This document shows, piece by piece, positions 54,294-63,516 of a stretch of DNA of 64,000 nt. The stretch is taken from the NCBI RefSeq assembly GCF_041248615.1, contig NZ_CP158426.1, one strand, 5' to 3'. Position 1 is the first letter of the stretch. The number at the start of each line of letters is the position of its first letter. The notes beneath the pieces are model-generated. The model was not told where the DNA came from. It did not search any database and saw nothing but the letters and a program-made list of their open reading frames with translations. The translations under genes were made by a program, and so were the position numbers. This stretch comes from Escherichia coli. GTDB lineage: Bacteria > Pseudomonadota > Gammaproteobacteria > Enterobacterales > Enterobacteriaceae.

Positions 54294-55430
54294 ATGACTG
54301 CTTTCACCCAAAAATTGACAGCCGCGATATCCACCATGCTGTTATGCGTATCATTAAGTGGAGTCACAAATATGAGTTACGCTGATACAACCAATCCGAA
54401 CGCGCCCGTTTCGCAGGTCGAGAAATGGGATAAAACTTTTGCTGAGAGCACGAAAGTTGATCACCGTAAGGTGACCTTTCCGAACCGGTACGGGATCACC
54501 TTAGTCGGGGATCTCTATATACCGAAGGATCGTGGCGATCGCAAGATGGCAGCAATTGCTGTTAGTGGCCCCTTCGGGGCGGTGAAAGAGCAATCCAGTG
54601 GCCTGTATGCGCAGACGCTGGCTGAACGGGGGTTTGTCACTCTGGCTTTTGACCCTTCATACACGGGGGAAAGCGGCGGCTACCCGCGAAACGTCGCATC
54701 TCCGGATATCAACACCGAGGATTTCAGCGCGGCGGTTGATTTCTTAGGCCTGCAAAAAGAGGTGGATCGCAACCGTATCGGGTTGCTCGGCATCTGCGGA
54801 TGGGGTGGCATGGCCTTAAACGACGCCGCGATGGACACACGTGTCAAGGCGGTGGCGAGCAGCGTGATGTATGACATGAGCCGTGCAATGGGGCATGGCG
54901 TGGGCGATGGCAAAGACCGCTATACCACTGCCGATCGTCGTGCCGTATTGCAGTATTTGAACATGCAGCGCTGGAAGGATGCTGAAAATGGCGCTTTCGC
55001 GCCAGGCGGGCATGATATTTACGTTGATGAGAAGGGCAACGTCACCGCTTCCGATCGTATTTTACCGGAAACTTTGCCAGCGAATTCTAATCCGGTATTG
55101 AAAGAGTTCTTTGATTATTACCGCATGCCGCGTGGTTTCCATGCGCGTTCGGTCAACTCAACCAGTGCCTGGAATGCAACCATGCCGCTGTCATTTATGA
55201 ATATGCCGCTGCTGAGTTACGCTAATGAAGTTACTATCCCTACACTCATCGTGACCGGTGAAAAAGCCCATTCACGCTATTTTGCTGAAGATGCCTTTAA
55301 GGCAATCGGCAGCAAAGAGAAAGAGTTAGTGATTGTCCCCGAGGCAAACCATGTTGATCTGTACGACAACGTTGCGGGTAAGATCCCATTTGCCAAATTT
55401 GAGCAATTTTTCAAGGCAAACTTAAGATAA
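54294..55430 (+). CDS. Secreted alpha/beta-hydrolase (dienelactone-hydrolase-like, Cys nucleophile elbow)
   Basis: It has the signal peptide MTAFTQKLTAAISTMLLCVSLSGVTNMSYA and a GLLGICGWGG elbow (GxCxG). Confidence 0.7.
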   Translation: MTAFTQKLTAAISTMLLCVSLSGVTNMSYADTTNPNAPVSQVEKWDKTFAESTKVDHRKVTFPNRYGITLVGDLYIPKDRGDRKMAAIAVSGPFGAVKEQSSGLYAQTLAERGFVTLAFDPSYTGESGGYPRNVASPDINTEDFSAAVDFLGLQKEVDRNRIGLLGICGWGGMALNDAAMDTRVKAVASSVMYDMSRAMGHGVGDGKDRYTTADRRAVLQYLNMQRWKDAENGAFAPGGHDIYVDEKGNVTASDRILPETLPANSNPVLKEFFDYYRMPRGFHARSVNSTSAWNATMPLSFMNMPLLSYANEVTIPTLIVTGEKAHSRYFAEDAFKAIGSKEKELVIVPEANHVDLYDNVAGKIPFAKFEQFFKANLR

Positions 55431-55606
55431 CCCGAAAGGTTTACCAGGCCACCTGTCGTAAACGGGTGGCTTTTAACTGCCTGGTGTGATGCAGAATATG
55501 CCGCATCTCCCTATATTCTCACCCAACTATTATGTCGTTATTCCCTGAATAACTTCTGACCCGATTGCGCTTGAATCTGGCTGGTTCGATATTAAGGGGG
55601 CTAATA

Positions 55607-56800
55607 ATGTCCACTGTAAGTCTCAAACAATTATACGGAAAAACGCATGCATACTGGAGCGGCGTATTCGCCATGACGCTTTGCGTGTTTGTGCTGATCG
55701 CTTCTGAGTTTATGCCAGTCAGCCTGCTTACGCTCATTGCCCATGATTTGCACGTTACCGAAGGGCTGGCAGGGCAAGGAATTGCTGTCTCTGGTGCGCT
55801 GGCGGTGCTTACCAGTCTGACTATCTCCCGTATTACCGGAGACCTGAATCGAAAATATCTTCTGCTGGGGCTGACGGCCTTAATGGCCATATCGGGAATA
55901 GTTATCACCATAGCACCTGACTATCCGGTTTATATGCTGGGGAGGGCCCTGATTGGTATCGTCATTGGAGGGTTCTGGTCAATGTCGGCTGCAACCGCCA
56001 TTCGGCTCGTGCCGAAGCAGCATGTCCCCCGCGCACTGGCAATTTTTAACGGCGGAAACGCACTGGCCACCGTTGTGGCAGCGCCACTTGGTAGCTATCT
56101 GGGGACAACCATCGGCTGGCGTGGGGCCTTTTTATGTCTGGTCCCCCTTGCGATAGCTGCGTTCATCTGGCAATGGGTCAGTCTGCCTCCGATGGAAAGT
56201 GATAAAACACAAAAGCTACAGAGATCTGTGCTTCGCCTGTTCAGCGTTGCCATCGTACCAACGGGACTGCTGGCCTGCGGACTCTTCTTTATGGGACAGT
56301 TTGCTTTATTTACCTACGTGCGCCCCTTTCTGGAGAGCGTCACCAGAGTGGGACCTTCTGATCTTTCTCTGATTTTGCTCGCAATAGGTGTAGCAGGTTT
56401 TGTCGGCACAATGATCGTCTCAACATTCCTGAACACCATATTTTATAAGACCTTAATAATGATCCCGTTGCTTATGGCAGCGATTACCGGTGCGTTACTG
56501 CTGGTCGGACACCATATCTGGGCTGTTGCCGTTTTACTCAGCCTGTGGGGGCTACTTGCGACAGCTGCGCCAACGGGGTGGTGGACATGGATAGCACGCG
56601 CGTTACCCGAAGATGCAGAGACGGGGGGAGGCCTCATGGTTGCAGTGATTCAGTTATCTATTGCACTTGGTTCAACGGCTGGAGGTCTGGTATTCGACAG
56701 TCTGGGATGGAGAAGTGCTTTTGGTTTAAGTGGTTTGTTACTTCTGGGAGCGGTAGCGATGACATGTGCCACATCCCGTCAAAACAGGAAGGCGCAGTAG
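55607..56800 (+). CDS. MFS transporter, NepI-like (purine ribonucleoside efflux family)
   Basis: 397-aa protein with 12 predicted transmembrane segments. It aligns by eye with E. coli NepI (..FLPVSLLT.., ..GGFWAMSA.., ..GWRxAF..). The ATG at 55607 is preceded by AAGGGGG. Confidence 0.75.
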   Translation: MSTVSLKQLYGKTHAYWSGVFAMTLCVFVLIASEFMPVSLLTLIAHDLHVTEGLAGQGIAVSGALAVLTSLTISRITGDLNRKYLLLGLTALMAISGIVITIAPDYPVYMLGRALIGIVIGGFWSMSAATAIRLVPKQHVPRALAIFNGGNALATVVAAPLGSYLGTTIGWRGAFLCLVPLAIAAFIWQWVSLPPMESDKTQKLQRSVLRLFSVAIVPTGLLACGLFFMGQFALFTYVRPFLESVTRVGPSDLSLILLAIGVAGFVGTMIVSTFLNTIFYKTLIMIPLLMAAITGALLLVGHHIWAVAVLLSLWGLLATAAPTGWWTWIARALPEDAETGGGLMVAVIQLSIALGSTAGGLVFDSLGWRSAFGLSGLLLLGAVAMTCATSRQNRKAQ

Positions 56801-59262
56801 CGCAATCCTTTTATTTCTGGCGTACGCTCTTTAAGGCATCCGGCTGAGAGGCTAATGATCACTCCTCGCTCACAACGGACCTTCAGCTCAGCCGCTCCGG
56901 CCGCTTCATGCCATGAATGTACGCAGCCAGTCAGAATATTAAGGTGCGGATTTCAGTTCACTTGTCAGCCCAGTGATACAGGACAGTAATGACCAACAAT
57001 TTGGTATTGATACAACAAGTTGCGGCCCCGGTTCGTGGGGGAGATGAAACGACGGTAGCTGAAGTTACTGAAATGAAGAATTCAGAGAGACTGAATGATA
57101 TGCCTCACCTTTAGTGAATAGTGTAAAAACGGGAGACTCTCACCCGAGATTATCCACTCATGCTCAATGTATAATTTTCGTGCCCCTCACAGGTAAGAGC
57201 CGGATGCATTCGTTGTGTACGTTGCAGAATTGGTAACCGGGGACCCTGCAGTCTTTAACTCCGAGTCTTGTGCTGCTCATTTGCCACAAAATCCTGGTAC
57301 GCCAGCTCAATCATTTCATTCAACAGTTTTTTTGGGGGGCACCACGACTTCGGGCAATACTTTCAGGCTGTTTGTGGATTTTTCCGGACAGTTTCAGCGG
57401 AACGGAACCATCAGCACGTTCATCACGCCTTTTTTGTTGCTCCCGGGCACTTTTCAGTTCATCCACAATATAGCTGCTCTTCTCGCATTTTTGCCGATTT
57501 TAAAAATGCGAACAAAACATCCGTACATGATGTACAGATTAAACTGCCAGGGACTGGTGTCAGAAAGCCTCCGGTTAGCCTGCTCTTTCCGGAATGTGCC
57601 GGTTATGAAAAACCGGAAATTCAGTCTCTGTTGTAAGATGTACCCTCTGATACTACGTTTTCGTTTTCTCTGTGTATTTAACTCACTGTATTTATTGTCT
57701 TTTTAAGCCTGACTGATATTCTCCGGTCATAGTGTGCCGGATAGACATCCCGTAACCTTCTCATTTTTATATAAAAATACCTGCACTGTCTTCAGCGCAT
57801 CTGTCTCCTTTAAGTAAAAAATGTTTTCACGTATTGCTGTAAATTCATTTTAAATCAGTATGTTATCCTGATATTGCTGTCTCCTGGTTTGATGCGTAAT
57901 CGTTCTGCCTTTCTGGATGATTCTGGTGCTTCCGGGTGCATTCTCCTCTGCACATGCAACAGTTCGTCATCGCCACGTGCCCAAAAAGCATATAAAAACG
58001 AATCGAATCTGATCGTTTTTTCAATCGTTTTTCACAGGAATTTCGTAGGGTGTTCTCCGCTATAGCCTCCATATTTGCTGTCTTTTTCTTCATAAATCGT
58101 ATGCAATATAACCAGTCTGTCAAGACATCTTCCCTGCTGTTGAGGTGACGATCTCATTTCTGGTCTTTTCCGGGAGAGAGACGGTCAGATGAGCGAGCCG
58201 GATTTACTGCCAGAGGTACTCCCCGCGGCAGAAAATAGTGCTCCTGTTTCCGCAATCCGGGATCGGCAACGTCCCATGGTTAATGCCACTTGCAGCGTCA
58301 GGCACTGCAGGTTTACGTCGTGATCTGATTTCTTCTGCACTTATCCCGATCACGGAAGTTCCCCCTGCGCAGACATCGGTTCCTGCCGACATCTCACAAT
58401 ACCGCCAGGCTGTCATGCAGTAACACCCGCAATGCGGTCTGCGGTTTTAAGCGCACTCTCCTGTTTTCAGTGCACCGATAAGCGTTATAGAAAGTCTGGG
58501 GTGAGTTACTGAATGTCTGTTAAGTGGTGCCGTGGGTGGAGACTGCTTACTTTTCCACAGCAACTGCAGTCATTCAGGATGCTCAGGAGAGAATATGTCA
58601 ACGCCACGAGCCGGGCCATTTTCATGCCAGCCAGTATATTTTCTACACTGATGCAGTCTGATTTTCACCATTCCATCCTCACTGATTGTCGTGTTGTTTT
58701 GGGTCATCACCACAGCTTTCCGTTTCTCTTTTAATCGGTAACGCTCTCCTTTGATATTCAGCGTGGTTGAGTGATGCAGCAGTCAATCCAGGAGCGCTGT
58801 TGTCCGGCAACCACCATATCAACTTCTTCCCGGCGTGCCGGCGCTGGTATCCAGGCCGGGTTTCGAAGCGAAGCGTTCCTGACGGACTCATTGACATCCG
58901 GGCCGGATGTAGTCATGCAGCATGGAACGTCCGCCCGTATACACTGACGGCGTCCGGCCGTGTACAGAGATCGGTAAAATTCGTTACTACAACTGTTCCT
59001 GAATATCTGACGAAGAAACATTCAGCAATAACATCCGGCCGTGTACATCTCTTTTGCGGTGCAGGGAGCACTGTCGCCATGTACTTATTGTCACCAGGGT
59101 GAGGCATGTACCGCAGCATGCCAGCTCAGCAATGACAGGATGCCCTTAAGACATCCGTCATGGCTCAGTATGATGACGACGAACACGCTCTGCAGGTGAG
59201 CATGCAGGGCCGGGGGTATCATCATTTCCGTATTTTGCCGCACCTTCCGGAAACAACCGGCA

Positions 59263-59871
59263 TCAGTTACGGTTACCGTCAACCGTTGTGCGGTATGCCA
59301 GGAGCACGTACTGATCCATCAGATCCGTCAGTGCTGCGTTCTGCTTCTGACGGTCGATGATCCATTCCCCCAGCTCTTTTTCTGATTTCCGTTTCAGGTT
59401 CTCCGTCCAGTCGTCAAGGCTGTTTCCGGTCATTAAATCAAGCCAGCAAAGCCAGACCAGTTTGAGGCGCAACTCCGTGCCACCAAACTGACGGAAGAGG
59501 CTGATCAGTTTATTTGCCAGAGAACGCTGCCTCAGACGTTCACATTCAGACAGCAGAATCCCTTCCAGCATCGGATGATGAACCAGCAGATGTTCGCTGG
59601 TGCATAAGTTCACCACCAGATCATCATCCAGGGGCGGCGTGGCCCGTTTGTCAGAGCCATAAATCAGCCGGTGCAGACTCCGGGGTACGATGGCAATCTT
59701 CGGTTTTTCACCATTGAATGACACCCACCCGGGCGTCAGATTATGGAAGTAGTGGATATTCGGATGACACACGCCCCAGGATACGGCGTGCCGGGTGAAG
59801 CCGGTCAGCCATTTCTGGTAGCTTTCGTGGAGCAGCTCGTAACGGGTCTGATACTGTGGTTTCATTTTCAT
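59263..59871 (-). CDS. Hypothetical protein (about 202 aa), downstream of alpA-like gene
   Basis: It has a clean ORF with an AGGA Shine-Dalgarno sequence before the ATG at 59871. I recognise no motif. Confidence 0.55.
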   Translation of the reverse strand: MKMKPQYQTRYELLHESYQKWLTGFTRHAVSWGVCHPNIHYFHNLTPGWVSFNGEKPKIAIVPRSLHRLIYGSDKRATPPLDDDLVVNLCTSEHLLVHHPMLEGILLSECERLRQRSLANKLISLFRQFGGTELRLKLVWLCWLDLMTGNSLDDWTENLKRKSEKELGEWIIDRQKQNAALTDLMDQYVLLAYRTTVDGNRN

Positions 59872-59958
59872 ATTCCTCACGGGGGATAACAGGCAGCAGA
59901 GTGCCGCCGGCAGGCCGGAGATTGCGTCTGCTGTGGGCGAAGGGCCAGTGGTTAAAAA

Positions 59959-60165
59959 TTACGGACGGGACTGTGCAATACGCGCCTGCAGCCAGGCTTC
60001 CACTTCACTTTTCAGCCAGCGGGAGCTGCGGCCGAGTTTGATGGGAGCCGGAAAGGCCCCATCCTTGATGAGCTTGTAAAACCACTTATCGGTCAGGCCG
60101 GTCAGCTGAGTGATAAACGTCATATCGACCATCTGGTCATCCATCAGCGAAACTGGGGTGGTCAT
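59959..60165 (-). CDS. alpA: AlpA-family (prophage CP4-57 regulatory) DNA-binding protein
   Basis: 68 aa; FITQLTGLTDKWFYKLIKDGAFPAPIKLGRSSRWLKSEVEAWL matches the AlpA/MerR-like HTH pattern. Confidence 0.85.
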   Translation of the reverse strand: MTTPVSLMDDQMVDMTFITQLTGLTDKWFYKLIKDGAFPAPIKLGRSSRWLKSEVEAWLQARIAQSRP

Positions 60166-60548
60166 AAAAATCTTCTCCGGATGTTGTTAATCTCAGCCGG
60201 CGTTGATGATGAAAACAACGCACCACCTTCACCGGCATAACAACCGGGGAGAAACGTAAAAAATCAGTAGGGGAATATTCCTGCCAGGAGAGAAACTGTT
60301 GTGTACAGGCAATACAGGTTGTCTGTTTTGTCAGTGAAGCCGGTATAAACGGAAGATGATTTTGTGTTGCCGGAATATGGGATGGCGTTTTGCCGTGACA
60401 GGATCAGTATTTTCAGTGATGATTATTACTGTGCAGGGGAGTACCGGAGATAAACCACGCCCTGTACCTGCCAGAGCGGAGGTTTGTATTGACTGAACGG
60501 AAGATAAAGCGAGGTAAACACTGTTGCGGTGAGCGGAGAAGACTGAGA

Positions 60549-61340
60549 TTATTCTCTGTAATTACAAACAACAGTGATCTGATCCGGTTTTTTTACCGTT
60601 ACGGGTTTCCGGGGATCAATTTTATAGACCGGGGTAATGACCACGCCGGAATTTATGGAGAAAAGCGGGATCCAGCAATAAACGTCCGGATATTTCTGTG
60701 TCTCCGGAATACCTTTTGTGCCAGAGGCCATCAGATCTTTAACGCTCACGAAAAATGACTTCCGCAGATCAAAAAAGTACTCGTTATATATCACATCCTT
60801 TGCCAGCAGGATGACTGCATTACCAACAGCCGATTTTACAGGTGTTTCATCAGGTGGATTATCGTGATTGTATATTGTTCTTTCTATATAAATAAAACAG
60901 GCATATTTCGTCTTCTCCCCGGATAGTTGCATCTGGTATTCGCAAATGTCTTTGATATACCGACTTTCAACCCTTCCAATCATCTTATCCCGGCGATAGT
61001 GTCTTTTATGTTTCAGCGCGTACAGAACACCATTTGAACTGTCAAACTCCAGGACACTTCTGGTGAAAAGTTTGTTTTCCCAGATCTCCAGACAATACTT
61101 CTCTGCACTGACGACATTGCGTTTGTGGGGAAGATTCCGTTGATACACTCCATTTAATAAGCGTGACTGCAGTTCGCCTGCAAGTTGATAGTAACAGTTA
61201 ATGTCATTAAGGACAGGTGCTGTGGCGTTGAGTAATGTGTTGATTACCTTAGAGCGCGAAAGTTTGTGGGTATGACAGTACTCATCCACAATTCGCAGTG
61301 TCTCATCACTGGTCATATTGAAAGTTATACGTGTTGTCAT
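60549..61340 (-). CDS. Hypothetical protein with N-terminal ribbon-helix-helix-like segment fused to an unassigned domain of about 210 aa
   Basis: 263-aa ORF in AT-rich DNA. The N-terminus TTRITFNMTSDETLRIVDEYCHTHKLSRSKVINTLL has the beta-strand, helix, helix pattern of CopG/Arc/MetJ proteins. The rest has no motif I recognise. Confidence 0.55.
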   Translation of the reverse strand: MTTRITFNMTSDETLRIVDEYCHTHKLSRSKVINTLLNATAPVLNDINCYYQLAGELQSRLLNGVYQRNLPHKRNVVSAEKYCLEIWENKLFTRSVLEFDSSNGVLYALKHKRHYRRDKMIGRVESRYIKDICEYQMQLSGEKTKYACFIYIERTIYNHDNPPDETPVKSAVGNAVILLAKDVIYNEYFFDLRKSFFVSVKDLMASGTKGIPETQKYPDVYCWIPLFSINSGVVITPVYKIDPRKPVTVKKPDQITVVCNYRE

Positions 61341-61670
61341 GATGAAGTTTTCTGTTAATCATACTGGTTGATATGCATAACATTTCATAAAAAATACTGT
61401 TAATTCATATAATTGATTTTTTGACTGGTTTTATCCTCGTGTGGTGGAAAGCAGTATTACTGCCACTGTAGTCAGCATAAATCTATCACACAGAACCACC
61501 GAAAATGAAGCATTGCTCAGGGGGAAGCTGCCACTCGTATGAGTTCTCTGAACCATGATAACCAGTATTTTTCGTTTTGGGTGATTTGTTTATCGTTACA
61601 GCTACATACAGTTCATGTACCATTAAAAAATAATAAAGGTTAATTAGTATTATTTATAGAAGTATGTTTA

Positions 61671-61748
61671 TGTAATTCTACCGTGTAAATGAACCCTGTA
61701 ATTCTACCTTGTAAATACACCTTGTAACCAAGTCCTGTAGAAGTCTGT
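61671..61748 (+). repeat. Six phased 13-bp tandem repeats with TGTAA/TGTAG core (two near-identical 26-bp units, then diverging)
   Basis: TGTAA(G) starts at 61671, 61684, 61697, 61710, 61723 and 61736. The units are tgtaattctaccg / tgtaaatgaaccc / tgtaattctacct / tgtaaatacacct / tgtaaccaagtcc / tgtagaagtctgt. Further CTGTA(A/G) copies are scattered to about 61960. Confidence 0.8.
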
Positions 61749-62018
61749 CTCATAGAAGTATCTGTGCAGTGATATTCTCTGTAGTAGTACTTGTAACTCT
61801 GTTCTTAACTCTCTCTTCAGTAATGTAGTCCCGCAACACCTGAATATAAATCTGTAATGTTCACACACTGACTGTAACGTGCTTTGTTAAGTAATGTCTG
61901 CTATTTTTTTTCTGTTATTTTTCCTGTTGTTTTCTGTATTTTGTTGTATGGTGTAATAACTATTCTGAACCCGTCATCACCTTTATAGCTAAGAGTATGA
62001 CTTCGCCAGTGTTGATAC

Positions 62019-62027
62019 TGTGGATAA
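62019..62027 (-). promoter_or_regulatory. Perfect DnaA-box 9-mer (TTATCCACA on minus strand)
   Basis: TGTGGATAA is read on the plus strand. This is a single copy, so it may be chance. Confidence 0.3.
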
Positions 62028-62756
62028 CGGTGATTAAGGAATTACTGTTAATGATCTGTTCCTGCAGCTCACCTGATGAGTTTTGGTAGTAATACGTAAA
62101 AGAGTATGCCTCATGTCATTAAAAAGTCTTCCGGAGTGTTGTTTAACCCTGTACCTCTGTTACTCATGTAGTACGTTGCGGAAAGCTACGTTAATTGTAA
62201 TATCTGGTTATGGCGTTATGCCTTCAGTATTAAAAACATCTTTTACCGGAGAAACTGGGAAGTGGAAAGGCTTTCGGGATAACGTCAGGCCATTATGACG
62301 ATATTACGTTAATCACAGTACAAGATAACGAGAGGGTAATGGAATTTTAAACCAGAGTAGTTCCACTGTTGTTCACTGGAAAAAGTGATTTCCCACGCGC
62401 GTTATAAGCTTACTCCAGAGGAGATGGAAGCCTTCAACTCTGCGGTCGATCACCGGCTGGCAGAACTGACCATGAACAAACTTTACGATCGTGTTCCCGC
62501 TTCAGTCTGGAAATATGTTACCTGATAAATGTTTCTGATGAAGTACAGTCGTCACAATGACATCACTTCAGATATTATCTGCGCTGTGATTGACTGTCAC
62601 GTATGCCGTTCTCTGTATGGTTCTGATACCCGGGTGTGGTCCCACTTTCTCTGTGGCGCCCGGGGAGTTGTGAACCTGCACGTCTTCGTGTGATAACGTT
62701 TTCTTCAAAAATTACGCCAGCGCTTCTTCCTGTGTTACAGAACACGAGGAAGAAAC

Positions 62757-63356
62757 ATGAAGACTTACAACACCAATCCCGGTTACGAAATGGATCCCCA
62801 GCTCCTGACACACTTTAACCAGCATCTGGATTCATTATTCGGGGTATATTCGAAACTGTTACCGTTCAGAATGGATTTTGCTTACCGAAAAAACACCCTC
62901 AGCTACAGATGTGCCTGCAGGTACGCCATGTGCGCGGAGATACTGCGACTGATTAACGAAGTGGGAGAGAAACTGGTCGGGTATGCCTGGGTAATGGAAT
63001 ATACGGAACGTAAAGGGCTTCACATTCATTTTGTGGGCTATCTGAACGGTCAGAGCCACAGGAGTTCGTATCTGGTATCCAGATTGATGGGAGATATCTG
63101 GAGGCGGGTTACCGGGGGGGATGGTTACTACCACTGGTGCCGGTTTAATAAAAATTATCCGGTAAACATTAACCACGTCATTCACTATTCAGATCACAAA
63201 GCGGTGAATGCCTTACGCTATGCCATCAGCTACCTGGCCAAACGAGAACAGAAAGAATGTGGCATCATCCTGAAATGCAGCGGGCTTCCTGAAAAAAGTA
63301 ATCGGGGTCGACCGCGACTGGGCAGCCCCCTGCCGGAGACTTATTCTCTGGTGTAA
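62757..63356 (+). CDS. YfjJ/YagK-family (inovirus Gp2-like) protein
   Basis: 199 aa; ..LPFRMDFAY.., GLHIHFVGYL and RYAISYLAKREQK parallel the K-12 YfjJ motifs as I recall them (..HYHVVLFL.., ..ISYLAKAKTK..). Confidence 0.75.
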   Translation: MKTYNTNPGYEMDPQLLTHFNQHLDSLFGVYSKLLPFRMDFAYRKNTLSYRCACRYAMCAEILRLINEVGEKLVGYAWVMEYTERKGLHIHFVGYLNGQSHRSSYLVSRLMGDIWRRVTGGDGYYHWCRFNKNYPVNINHVIHYSDHKAVNALRYAISYLAKREQKECGIILKCSGLPEKSNRGRPRLGSPLPETYSLV

Positions 63357-63516
63357 GACCCTGAACGACAACTACGGGCTGGCGCTAATTGTTACAGTCG
63401 GTTCCGGAGGCCACTTCAGGGACTCTGCGCATTTTTTACGACATGAGCCTGTACATAGATTTGTGTAATTGCCTGATTTTGATATGTTCAATCCAGCATC
63501 AAATGAAGGTTAATTT

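Noticed and set aside
57215-57706. 163-aa and 122-aa overlapping plus-strand ORFs
   Set aside because: They are mutually overlapping, with odd composition and no Shine-Dalgarno sequence. The opposite strand shows frameshifted protein-like fragments, so I treat the area as decayed sequence.
61671-61748. Possible CRISPR array
   Set aside because: The repeat unit is only 13 bp with no spacers of unique sequence and no cas genes. It is a tandem or iteron-like repeat, not CRISPR.
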